A stretch of 32,219 nucleotides of DNA, from NCBI GenBank assembly GCA_964534375.1, contig CAZHPN010000056.1, positions 1 to 32,219 on the forward strand. The letters are read 5' to 3'. Of this stretch, positions 1 to 8,834 are shown piece by piece. The translations under genes were made by a program, and so were the position numbers. Within the stretch, counting starts at the first letter, position 1. The number at the start of each line of letters is the position of its first letter. Below the pieces are notes generated by a model. It was given only the letters and a program-made list of their open reading frames with translations, searched no databases and was not told the origin of the DNA. The DNA is from an uncultured bacterium (lineage in GTDB: Bacteria; Lernaellota; Lernaellaia; Lernaellales; Lernaellaceae).

Positions 1-233
1 TCGTCGGCTACATGGTGACGATGTTCACGATCCCGGCGCACGGTTGGAACCTCTTCTGGGGCTTCATCCTGTTCCGCATTTTCGACGTCATCAAACCGTT
101 TCCGGCGCGGCGCATCGACGAGGCCAAAGCGGGCGGCCTCGGCGTCATGGCCGACGACTTCTTCGCGGCCCTCTACGCCCTGCTCGTCCTGTATCTGATG
201 TGCCGCTGGAGGTGGTTCGGATGCTCGAGGTAA
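1..233 (+). CDS. pgpA: Phosphatidylglycerophosphatase A, 3' part (begins upstream of window)
   Basis: Frame open from window start; GFILFRIFDVIKPFP...GGLGVMADD are the PgpA C-terminal motifs; lies upstream of cinA as commonly seen. Confidence 0.9.
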   Translation, partial: VGYMVTMFTIPAHGWNLFWGFILFRIFDVIKPFPARRIDEAKAGGLGVMADDFFAALYALLVLYLMCRWRWFGCSR

Positions 234-1450
234 TCGCCACCGGCGCGGAATTGCTCGACGGCCGCGGGGCCGACACCAACGCCCGCCTGCTGGCGCGCGC
301 GCTGCGGCCGATCGGGCTGCGCATCGACCGCGCGACCGTCGTCGGCGACGGCCTCGCCGACATCGCCGGCGCCTTGCGCGAAGCGCTCGCCCGCGCCGAC
401 GCCGTGATCGTCACCGGCGGCCTCGGCCCAACCGTCGACGACCGCACACGCGACGCGGCGGCGAAGGTTTTCGACGCGCCGCTGGTCGAGGATGAGCCGA
501 CGTTGACCGCGCTGACGGCGTGGTTCAAGAGCTTCGGCCGGGAGATGAAAGACAACAATCGCCGGCAGGCGCAGTTCCCGCGCGGCGCGACGATTGTGCC
601 CAACCCGATCGGCACCGCGGCCGGCTTCCTGGTGGAGCAGGGCGGCCGGGCGGCGCTCTTCGCGCCGGGCGTGCCGCGCGAACTGGAGAAAATGGCGAAC
701 GAGCAGTTCGCGCCCTATCTGCGCCGCTTCTTCAAAGTCAGCGAAACCATCGCGCTGGTGAGCCTGCGGACGTTCGGCTTCACCGAAAGCGGCCTCGATC
801 ACCGGCTGGCGCGCCTCGATCTCGGCGATGTGGAATTGGCGTTCACCGCGTCGATCCCGGAAATCATGGTCACCCTGACGGCCCGCGACGCCGACCCGGC
901 CGTCGCCGCCGGGCGCGTGGCCGCGGCGCGGGCGAAGGTGGACGAGGTGCTCGGCGCGTCGACGATTTCGGACGACGGCCGCACGCTGGAGGAAGTCGTC
1001 GCCGCGTTGCTGACCGACAAAAAGCTGACGCTGGCGCTGGCCGAAAGCTGCACCGGCGGTTTAATCGCCGGCCGCTGCACGAACGTGCCCGGCAGTTCCG
1101 ACTGGTTTTTAGAAGGCGCCGTCACCTACGCCAACGACGCCAAGGTCCGCCGCCTCGGCGTGCCGGTCAAGTTGATCGCGGCGCATGGCGCGGTCAGCGC
1201 CGAAGTCGCCGAGGCAATGGCCGTCGGCATTCGCCAGACCGCCGAGGCGGACATCGGCCTGGGCGTCACCGGCGTCGCCGGCCCGGGCGGCGGCTCGCCC
1301 GACAAACCCGTGGGCACGGTGCACATGGCGCTGGCCGACGCGAACGGCGTGCAGCACTGGCGCGACGCCTTGTTCGGCGATCGCGCGCGGGTGCGCACGT
1401 TCGCCGCCGAAATGGCCCTCGACCGGCTGCGGAGGCATTTGCTCGCATGA
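221..1450 (+). CDS. cinA: Competence/damage-inducible protein A (molybdopterin-binding-like domain + PncC NMN deamidase domain)
   Basis: ATG 221 with GGAGGTGG just upstream; TGGLGPTVDDRT, PGVPREL, LALAESCTGG, GAVSAEVAEAMA, TGVAGPGGGSPDKPVGTV. Confidence 0.93.
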   Translation: MLEVIATGAELLDGRGADTNARLLARALRPIGLRIDRATVVGDGLADIAGALREALARADAVIVTGGLGPTVDDRTRDAAAKVFDAPLVEDEPTLTALTAWFKSFGREMKDNNRRQAQFPRGATIVPNPIGTAAGFLVEQGGRAALFAPGVPRELEKMANEQFAPYLRRFFKVSETIALVSLRTFGFTESGLDHRLARLDLGDVELAFTASIPEIMVTLTARDADPAVAAGRVAAARAKVDEVLGASTISDDGRTLEEVVAALLTDKKLTLALAESCTGGLIAGRCTNVPGSSDWFLEGAVTYANDAKVRRLGVPVKLIAAHGAVSAEVAEAMAVGIRQTAEADIGLGVTGVAGPGGGSPDKPVGTVHMALADANGVQHWRDALFGDRARVRTFAAEMALDRLRRHLLA

Positions 1451-2019
1451 CGATGTTGCGGCTGTTTCTGGCGATTCCCGTTCCCGGCGAGGTCAAGAAA
1501 GAATTGGTCGCCGCCCAGAAGATTTTGACGCACGCGAACCCGCACGTGCGCGGCGTCGAGCTGCCCGGCATTCACCTGACGATGAAGTTTCTCGGCGACA
1601 CGCCGGAGGAAAAAATCGGCGCCATCCGCAAGGCGATGGAAAGCGCGGCCGCCGCGGTCGCGGCGCCGATCCGCCTGCGCTGCGCGGGCACGGACGCGTT
1701 TCCGAATCTCGATCGCCCGCGCGTACTCTGGGCCGGGCTGAGCGGCGACACCGAGGCGCTCGGCGCGTTGCACCGCGAACTGGAGCGCGCCCTGGAGCGG
1801 CTCGGGTTTGCCCGCGAGGAGCGCGCCTTTCATCCGCACCTGACGCTGGGCCGGCTGAAAGAGCCGAAAATGCTGGGGGCATTGCACAAGGCGTGGCCGC
1901 GCGTGGCGGAGATGGCATTTGGGGAATTTGCGGCGGAAGCGCTGGTTTTGTACCGTTCCGAACTCAAACCGGCGGGCGCGGTCTACACTTCGATCGAGCG
2001 CGTTGCGCTGCCGGGTTGA
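1447..2019 (+). CDS. thpR: RNA 2',3'-cyclic phosphodiesterase (2H phosphoesterase)
   Basis: ATGA overlap with cinA stop; RLFLAI start; two HxT motifs (HLTMKFLG, PHLTLGR); RPRVLWAG; LYRSEL...Y. Confidence 0.92.
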   Translation: MTMLRLFLAIPVPGEVKKELVAAQKILTHANPHVRGVELPGIHLTMKFLGDTPEEKIGAIRKAMESAAAAVAAPIRLRCAGTDAFPNLDRPRVLWAGLSGDTEALGALHRELERALERLGFAREERAFHPHLTLGRLKEPKMLGALHKAWPRVAEMAFGEFAAEALVLYRSELKPAGAVYTSIERVALPG

Positions 2020-2145
2020 CCGCCGGTTCCGCGGCAACAATTCTCCAAAAAAATCCGCTTGATTTGACGGCGGCTTCCTGCTAAACAGGTGCGACTTAAA
2101 CGGAACGTCTTGTTTTTCAGTCGAATCATACCTATGGAGATGCCT

Positions 2146-2577
2146 ATGAAACGGTGTTGGCCCATCCTGGCGATCCTGCTGCCCCTGGCCCTCGGCTTGT
2201 TGATCGGCGCCTGCTACTCGAACTCGAACGAGCATAAAGCGAGCCTCACCGAGTACACGGGCAGCGTCGAGGCGAAGGATCGGCCGCCGGGCACGTCGTG
2301 CGACCAGGAGAACATCGTGATCCAGGATTGCCTGGACGCCTGCTCGTGCTGCTTCCAAAACCAGGACGTCGGGCAGAACAGCAGCGAAGGCGCCTGCGTC
2401 CAGTTCTGCGACACCTTGCTTGAGAAGGAAATGGCCGGCAACATCAACCCGGTCTACGCGGATCTCCACGGCTACGGCGAGTGCATCCTCGGTTGCGTCA
2501 GCCTCTGCGGGGCCAACGTCACCGATCAGACTGTATGCTGGGAACAGTGCAAGAGCTATCTCGATCTCGTCAATTGA
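2146..2577 (+). CDS. Cysteine-rich predicted lipoprotein of unknown function (143 aa)
   Basis: GGAGA before ATG 2146; basic N-terminus, hydrophobic stretch and LIGAC lipobox; 12 further Cys, mostly as CxxxC; followed by a terminator. Confidence 0.8.
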   Translation: MKRCWPILAILLPLALGLLIGACYSNSNEHKASLTEYTGSVEAKDRPPGTSCDQENIVIQDCLDACSCCFQNQDVGQNSSEGACVQFCDTLLEKEMAGNINPVYADLHGYGECILGCVSLCGANVTDQTVCWEQCKSYLDLVN

Positions 2578-2624
2578 TGCGGAACCCCGCCGCGGCGTCC
2601 GCGGCTGAACCGATTCGCAACGCC

Positions 2625-2657
2625 GGCCCTCGCGGAGAAATCTGCGGGGGCCTTTTT
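2625..2657 (+). terminator. Rho-independent terminator
   Basis: GGCCCTCGCGGA-GAAA-TCTGCGGGGGCC 12-bp stem (2 G-U) followed by TTTTT. Confidence 0.8.
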
Positions 2658-2659
2658 GC

Positions 2660-2694
2660 AATGACGAATGCCGAATGCCGAATGCGGAATGAAG
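2660..2694 (+). repeat. Heptamer tandem array (AATGCSG-like, 5 units)
   Basis: AATGACG AATGCCG AATGCCG AATGCGG AATGAAG. Confidence 0.85.
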
Positions 2695-2740
2695 GCCGCC
2701 GGCGCGACAGGTCGCGCAATTCGGTCGCGGGGAGAATGTC

Positions 2741-4549
2741 GTGGCCGTGATTCACGTCATGCCGGAGCAGCTCGCCAACCAGATTGCGGCCGGCGAGGTC
2801 GTCGAGCGGCCGGCGTCGGTCGTCAAAGAACTCGTGGAAAACGCGCTGGACGCCGGCGCGACGCGCATCGTCGTCGAAACCAAGGGCGGCGGGCGCGACC
2901 TGACCGCCGTGACCGACAACGGCTGCGGCATGAGCCGCGAGGACGCGCCGACCGCGCTCAAACGTCACGCGACAAGCAAGATCCGCACCGAGGCCGATCT
3001 CTGGCGCATCGCCACGCTCGGCTTTCGCGGCGAGGCCTTGCCGGCCATCGCCTCAGTCTCGCGGCTGACCGTCGCCACGCGGGAACGCGGCGCGCTCGCC
3101 GGCACGCTGGTCCGGGCCGACGCTGGCGAAACCCGCGAGATCGTCGAGGCCGGCCTGCCCGAGGGCACGCGCATCGAGGTGCACGATCTGTTTTTCAACA
3201 CGCCGGGCCGGCGGAAATTTTTGCGGTCGCCGAAGACCGAACTTGCCCACATCGCGGAAACGCTCGTGCGCTTGGCGCTGTGGCGGCCAGGCGTGTTTTT
3301 CGAGTTGCTTGACGAGGGCCGTTCGGCCTTGCGCGCGCCGGCGACGGAATCGATTCCGGAGCGCATCGGCGCGCTGCTCGGGCGCGAGACGCTGCAGCAT
3401 CTGTTCGCCTTCGAAGGCGAGTCGCCGGCGTTCCGGCTCAGAGGGTACGCGACCAATCCCGATTTCAGCCGCAGCGCCGCGCACCATATTTTCCCCTACA
3501 TCAACGGCCGTTGCGTGCGCGACAAGGTCCTGCTCAGCGCCGTCGGCAGCGCCTACGGCGGCCACCTGATCAAAGGCCGCTATCCGGCCGCCGCGTTCAA
3601 CGTCGAGATCGATCCAGCGTTGGTCGACGTCAACGTGCACCCGACGAAAGCCGAGGTGCGTTTTCGCGCGTCGTCCGGCGTATTCGAAGGCGTGCGGCGC
3701 GCGCTGAGCAGCGCGTTGTCCGCGCGATTCACGCAGCCGTCGGGCGGCTTTCTCACGCAGTTCGGCCGTTCGCCGGCGGCATTCGGCAGTGAAACGGGGC
3801 CGTTGCCGCCGCCGGACGTCGCGGCCCCGCTCGCCGCGCCGAACCCGAGCGTAGGCGGGCCGCGCGTCCAACACGAAATGCCGATGCCGTTGCGGCCGCA
3901 CACGCCGACGCGGCTGGACATCGAGATCGCCGGCCCGCCGCCGGAATTGGAGATCGGCAAATTCGTCGGGCTGGCGATCATCGGACAACTCGCCGACAGC
4001 TATATCGTTTGCGAAAACCGGCGCGGCGCCGGCTCCCTGTTGCTGATCGATCAGCACGCGGCGCACGAGCGCGTCAATTTCGAGCGCCTCCGGCGCGGCT
4101 TGGCCGATGGCGCGGTCGAAGTGCAGAACCTGCTGTTTCCCATCGCGCTCGAATTGCGGCCGGTCGAAGCCAAGGCGCTGGCGTCGATCGTCGACGAGCT
4201 GGCGCGCGTCGGCGTGGTCGTCGCGCCGTTTGGGCCGGACGCGTGGCGGATCGAGTCCGTGCCGGCGTTGATTCCGGACGCCGAGGCGCGCGACCTCGTT
4301 CTCGACGCGATCGAACACGCGCGGCAGACCGGCGGCGCGGGGCAGACCGGCGCGCGGCTCGACGCGATTCTCATGCTCGCGGCCTGCCACGGCAGCGTGC
4401 GGGCCGGTCAGGCCTTGACGCTCGCGCAGATGCGGGAGATATTGCGTGGCCTTGATGATTGCGAGCAGCCGACGACGTGCCCCCATGGGCGGCCGACGGT
4501 GCGCGAATTCCCCCTCGACGAAATTGAGCGGACGTTCGCCAGGAGATAG
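2741..4549 (+). CDS. mutL: DNA mismatch repair protein MutL with endonuclease motif
   Basis: NQIAAGEVVERPASVVKELVENALDAGA, HATSKI, TLGFRGEAL, VDVNVHPTK; C-terminal DQHAAHER, ACH and CPHGRP motifs. Confidence 0.98.
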   Translation: MAVIHVMPEQLANQIAAGEVVERPASVVKELVENALDAGATRIVVETKGGGRDLTAVTDNGCGMSREDAPTALKRHATSKIRTEADLWRIATLGFRGEALPAIASVSRLTVATRERGALAGTLVRADAGETREIVEAGLPEGTRIEVHDLFFNTPGRRKFLRSPKTELAHIAETLVRLALWRPGVFFELLDEGRSALRAPATESIPERIGALLGRETLQHLFAFEGESPAFRLRGYATNPDFSRSAAHHIFPYINGRCVRDKVLLSAVGSAYGGHLIKGRYPAAAFNVEIDPALVDVNVHPTKAEVRFRASSGVFEGVRRALSSALSARFTQPSGGFLTQFGRSPAAFGSETGPLPPPDVAAPLAAPNPSVGGPRVQHEMPMPLRPHTPTRLDIEIAGPPPELEIGKFVGLAIIGQLADSYIVCENRRGAGSLLLIDQHAAHERVNFERLRRGLADGAVEVQNLLFPIALELRPVEAKALASIVDELARVGVVVAPFGPDAWRIESVPALIPDAEARDLVLDAIEHARQTGGAGQTGARLDAILMLAACHGSVRAGQALTLAQMREILRGLDDCEQPTTCPHGRPTVREFPLDEIERTFARR

Positions 4550-4551
4550 GC

Positions 4552-5526
4552 GTGGAGTTGGTTGACCGCATGCTGGCCGGCGATCAGCGCGCCTTGGCGC
4601 GGCTGATCACGCTCGTCGAAAATCGGCGGCCGGAAATGCCGGCGATCATGGAAACGATCTACGATCTCGCCGGGAAGGCGCGCGTCATCGGCGTCACCGG
4701 CCCGCCGGGCGCGGGCAAATCGACGCTCGTCGACCAACTCGCCACCGTCTATCGCGCGCAAGGCAAACGCGTCGGCATCGTCGCGATCGATCCCTCCAGC
4801 CCGTTCTCGGGCGGGGCGCTGCTGGGCGACCGCGTGCGGATGATGCGCCATGCGGCCGACCCCGGCGTCTTCATCCGCTCGCTGGGCAGCCGCGGCAGCC
4901 ATGGCGGCCTGTCGCGCGCCACGCGCGAAGTGGTGCGTCTGCTGGACGCGGCCGGCTTCGAGATGATCCTTGTCGAGACGGTGGGCGTCGGCCAGACCGA
5001 GTTGGACATCATGGAGTTGGCGCACACCATCGTCGTCGCGCTGGTGCCGGAGAGCGGCGACGTGATCCAGACGATGAAAGCGGGGCTGATCGAGATCGCC
5101 GACCTGTTCGTCGTCAACAAGGCCGACCGCGACGGGGCCGACGGGTTGGCGTTGGAGTTGCGGCGCACGATCGAAATTTCGGGCCGCGAAGGCTGGCGGC
5201 CGCCGGTGCTGCTGACGACCGCCTACAAGGGCGCCGGGATTGCGGAGTTGGCGGCGGCGATCGATAGTCATTATGCGCAAGCCGTCGCCGACGGCCGCTA
5301 CGACCAGCGGCGCGAGCAGGCGAGCCTGGCCGAATTCGTCGAGGTGATCGTCGACGAGATCGGCGTGCGCCTGCGCGACGGCGCGGCGGCCGCCGATTTC
5401 GGCGCCTTGCTCGCCGGCGTCAAAGGCGGGCGCGTCAATCCGTATTTGGCGGCGCTGCAGGTGTTGCGCAACCCGGCGTTGTTGAAAGACCTGTTCGCCG
5501 ATGCGGCGACGAGAGCGGAGCGCTAG
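4552..5526 (+). CDS. meaB: Methylmalonyl-CoA mutase-associated GTPase (MeaB/ArgK family)
   Basis: GVTGPPGAGKST, AIDPSSPFSGGALLGDRVRM, ETVGVGQ, Q.MKAGL.EIAD, VVNKAD. Confidence 0.92.
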   Translation: MELVDRMLAGDQRALARLITLVENRRPEMPAIMETIYDLAGKARVIGVTGPPGAGKSTLVDQLATVYRAQGKRVGIVAIDPSSPFSGGALLGDRVRMMRHAADPGVFIRSLGSRGSHGGLSRATREVVRLLDAAGFEMILVETVGVGQTELDIMELAHTIVVALVPESGDVIQTMKAGLIEIADLFVVNKADRDGADGLALELRRTIEISGREGWRPPVLLTTAYKGAGIAELAAAIDSHYAQAVADGRYDQRREQASLAEFVEVIVDEIGVRLRDGAAAADFGALLAGVKGGRVNPYLAALQVLRNPALLKDLFADAATRAER

Positions 5527-7152
5527 ATGAGGAAGCGGGCAATGGCGAAACGGCGATTCGATGTGCGGCGCGCGGCGCTCGTCGCGGGCCTGTGCCTGGC
5601 GTTCGCGGCGTTGACCGCGCTGGTGACGGGTTGTCCGGAGAAAGTGCAGAACGTCATCAACGGCAGGGTGAATTACAACGCGCCGGATCCACCGGCGGAT
5701 TTCATCGCCGAGGCCAGCGCGCCGAAGGTCGACCTGACCTGGACCCCGCCGGATGACGACGACGACAACGACGACAATGACGACAACGGGAACCAGATCC
5801 ACGACGTCAACATTGATTTGCAAGGCTTTCTGATTGTGCGCGCCGAAAACGATTATCCCAACGCCTTACCCCAGCGCGGCATGCAGTACGCGGTCGGTAG
5901 TCCGCTCGGAAACGGCGGCGTCGTGATCGCCAATCTCGATCGCCTGGCGCAGGAATTCGTCGACCGCGACGTCGTTGCGGGGCGCACCTATTACTACGAA
6001 GCGATGTCGTACGACAGCATACCGAATTACTCGACGTCGTCCCGGGTGGCCGCGACGCCGGGTTCGCTGGTGTGGGCGCGTTTGTCGCACACGCAGACGG
6101 TTTTGGCCGACGGCCGGGTGCTGCTGGCGGGCGGCCTCGGCGCCGCCGGTCCGCTCGACCTCGCGGAAATTTTCGATCCGACGACCCTCGCGTTTTCGCC
6201 GGTTGCGGCGACGATGACCACGACGCGCTTCGGGCACACCGCCACGTTGATGTCCGACGGCACGGTCTTGCTCGCCGGCGGCTACGAGGAAGGCCTCACG
6301 CAGATTTTGAACACGGCGGAAATCTTCGACCCGGCGGCGCAGACCTTCACGGCGACGACCGGCCAATTGAACTACGGGCGCGCGCTGCACACGGCGACCG
6401 CGTTGCCGGACGGCACGGTGCTGCTGATCGGGGGCACGGACGGCGTGGACCCGATCAATTCGTACGAAATCTTCGACCCGGCCACCGGGCAGTTCACGTT
6501 GGGCGGCGACATTTTGCCGAACGCTCGCTATGGCCACATCGCCGAACTCATCCCGACCGGCGTGGTGGTGTTCGGCGGCTTCGGCCAATATCAGACGGTG
6601 CCGTCGGCGGCGGTCGTGCGGCTCGACAACCTGCGCGTGACCGACCTCAGCGACATCCCCGGCCAGGAAACGCCGATGATCCTCGGCCGGCTCGACGCGA
6701 CGTTGACCGTGCTGCCCAGCGGCGACAGCGTGATTGCCGGCGGCTTCACCGGCACGCTGCAAACCGGCGCCGCGACCGCCGCGTCCGAACTGTTCGCGCC
6801 GGCCGGCAACCCGTTCTTCGCCGCGACCGGCTCGCTGCAACAGGCGCGCAGCGGCCATGTCGCCGCCATCCTCGGCAACGGCACGGCCCTTATCTGCGGC
6901 GGCATCACGCCCGCGAACGTCATCCTTAACAGCGCGGAAATCTACGATGCGGCCACGGGCGCGTTCGGGCCGGCGGCCGCCATGAATACGCCGCGCACCG
7001 TCGCCGCGATGACGACGCTCGTCGACGGCCGCGCGCTGGTCACCGGCGGCAACCGCTCCATCGCCATGTTCGCCCCCGACCCCGCCTCGACGGCGGAAAT
7101 CTACGATCCCGTGGCCGACACGTTTACCGTCGTCGGCGCGCAAAACCCGTGA
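5527..7152 (+). CDS. Predicted lipoprotein with FN3-like region and kelch-repeat beta-propeller
   Basis: LVTGC lipobox; VDLTWTPP...GRTYYY FN3-like segment interrupted by an Asp run; 7 kelch-type repeats (R..HTAT.L.DG.VL..GG...AEIFDP); alternative start ATG 5542. Confidence 0.85.
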   Translation: MRKRAMAKRRFDVRRAALVAGLCLAFAALTALVTGCPEKVQNVINGRVNYNAPDPPADFIAEASAPKVDLTWTPPDDDDDNDDNDDNGNQIHDVNIDLQGFLIVRAENDYPNALPQRGMQYAVGSPLGNGGVVIANLDRLAQEFVDRDVVAGRTYYYEAMSYDSIPNYSTSSRVAATPGSLVWARLSHTQTVLADGRVLLAGGLGAAGPLDLAEIFDPTTLAFSPVAATMTTTRFGHTATLMSDGTVLLAGGYEEGLTQILNTAEIFDPAAQTFTATTGQLNYGRALHTATALPDGTVLLIGGTDGVDPINSYEIFDPATGQFTLGGDILPNARYGHIAELIPTGVVVFGGFGQYQTVPSAAVVRLDNLRVTDLSDIPGQETPMILGRLDATLTVLPSGDSVIAGGFTGTLQTGAATAASELFAPAGNPFFAATGSLQQARSGHVAAILGNGTALICGGITPANVILNSAEIYDAATGAFGPAAAMNTPRTVAAMTTLVDGRALVTGGNRSIAMFAPDPASTAEIYDPVADTFTVVGAQNP

Positions 7153-8078
7153 CCGCGGGACCGCCTCGGCTGCTCGTCGTTTGCGGACCGACCGCGACCG
7201 GCAAGACGGCCTTCGCCATCGGCATCGCGGAAGAAACCGCCGGCGAAATCGTCAGCGCCGATTCGATGCAGGTTTACCGGCGCATGGACATCGGCACGGC
7301 GAAGCCCACCGCCGCCGAACGCGAGCGCGCCGCGTTTCATCTGCTCGACGTCGCCGATCCCGACGACACTTTTTCCACCGGCCGCTTCCAGACGCTGGCC
7401 GCGCAAGCGATCGACGAAATCCTCGCGCGCGACCGCACCCCGATCGTCGCCGGCGGCACCGGCCTCTACATCAAAGCCTTGACGCGGGGCCTGTGGCGCG
7501 GCCCGTCGGCCGACCCTCGCCTGCGGCAGGCGTACAAGGCAGCCGAGGCCGCCGAACCGGGCAGCCTGCATCGCCGCCTGCGGGCCGTCGACCCCGAGCG
7601 GGCGGCCGAGGTGCATCCGGCCGATTTCGTGCGGCTGGAGCGCGCGTTGGAGGTCTACGACCTCACGGGCCGGCCGATTAGCGAATGGCAGAAGGCGCAC
7701 GGCTTTAACGAAACGCCGTACCGCGTGTGCAAGATCGGCCTGTCGTTGCCGCGCGAAGAATTGACCGCGGCCACCGACCGGCGCGTTTTGGCGATGATGG
7801 AAAACGGCTGGCTCGACGAAGTGAAACAACTGCGCGGGCTGAACTACGGCCCGGAATTGCCGAGCCAGGCGGCGTTGGGATATCGCGAGTTGCACCGCCA
7901 TCTTGACGGCCAGACGACGTACGCCGAAGCCGTCGAGCGCACCCAAACGGCCACGCGCCAATTCGCCAAACGGCAACGCACGTGGTTCGGCGGCGACGCG
8001 GAGATCGAGTGGTTTGACGCCCATCGCGAGCTCGACGCGGCGCGGGCGCGCTCGCTCGCCTTTCTGCGCGATCGTTGA
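7149..8078 (+). CDS. miaA: tRNA dimethylallyltransferase
   Basis: GPTATGKT, SADSMQVYRRMDIGTAKP, GGTGLY, TRQFAKRQRTWF; GTGA overlap with previous stop. Confidence 0.97.
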   Translation: MTAGPPRLLVVCGPTATGKTAFAIGIAEETAGEIVSADSMQVYRRMDIGTAKPTAAERERAAFHLLDVADPDDTFSTGRFQTLAAQAIDEILARDRTPIVAGGTGLYIKALTRGLWRGPSADPRLRQAYKAAEAAEPGSLHRRLRAVDPERAAEVHPADFVRLERALEVYDLTGRPISEWQKAHGFNETPYRVCKIGLSLPREELTAATDRRVLAMMENGWLDEVKQLRGLNYGPELPSQAALGYRELHRHLDGQTTYAEAVERTQTATRQFAKRQRTWFGGDAEIEWFDAHRELDAARARSLAFLRDR

Positions 8079-8107
8079 TCGCGCGGCCGCGCAAGAGGAG
8101 TCGTCAC

Positions 8108-8668
8108 ATGCGGTTTGCGATCACCGTCATTTTCGCCATGTTCTTGCTCGGCGCCGCGGCGTCCGGCGCCGCGGCGTCCGGCGCGGCGGCGGCCGAGGCG
8201 GCGCCGGCCGCGGGCCTGGATTCCTTGCGTTTTCTGGTGGGTTCGTGGACGGGCGAGGCCAACGGCGCGCCCGGCCAGGGCCGCGGAATTACGACGTTTG
8301 AAATCGCACTCGCGGGCAAGGCGTTGCTGCGCCGCAGCCAGACCGACTTCCCGGCGACGCCGGCGCGCGCGGCGTTCACGCATGAGGATTTGCTTGTTGT
8401 CTATGCCGAACCGCGCGACGGAAAACAGCGGGCGCTTTACCTGGACAACGAAGGGCATGTCATCGATTACACGGTCGGCATGGCGCCGGACGGCAGGTCG
8501 GCGACGTTCGTCAGCGACGCCGCGGCGAACGCGCCGCGCTTTCGTTTAACGTATGTGCAGCAGAGCTCCGACGAAATGCTCGTGCGCTTCGAGATCGCGC
8601 CGCCGGGCAAACCCGACGCGTTCGCCGTACACGTCGAGGGCGTCGTCAAACGCCGCGCCCCGCGCTGA
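8108..8668 (+). CDS. Secreted hypothetical protein, probably beta-barrel (DUF1579/THAP4-like, tentative)
   Basis: GAGGAG RBS, signal peptide, LRFLVGSWTG and YLDNEGHVI segments, beta-strand-like pattern. Confidence 0.7.
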   Translation: MRFAITVIFAMFLLGAAASGAAASGAAAAEAAPAAGLDSLRFLVGSWTGEANGAPGQGRGITTFEIALAGKALLRRSQTDFPATPARAAFTHEDLLVVYAEPRDGKQRALYLDNEGHVIDYTVGMAPDGRSATFVSDAAANAPRFRLTYVQQSSDEMLVRFEIAPPGKPDAFAVHVEGVVKRRAPR

Positions 8669-8834
8669 TTCGCGCGTTGCCGGCGCAATATCACAACGCG
8701 CCGCCGCGGCCCCGCTGCGTCGCGTCTTTTGGTTTCGCGCGCGCCGCGCGCGCGACGCGCGCAACATTTTGTCGATTTTTTTAATTTTCTTCTTGCGAAA
8801 AGAAACCGACCGGGCTAAATAATATCCATCTGAA

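Noticed and set aside
2578..2624. Possible riboswitch or ncRNA before the terminator upstream of mutL
   Set aside because: Only a short CCGCGG stem; no family I recognise; a 3' UTR explains it. An Rfam scan would settle it
8150..8194. 15-bp tandem repeat GGCGCCGCGGCGTCC
   Set aside because: In-frame Ala-rich linker duplication after the signal peptide; ordinary slippage
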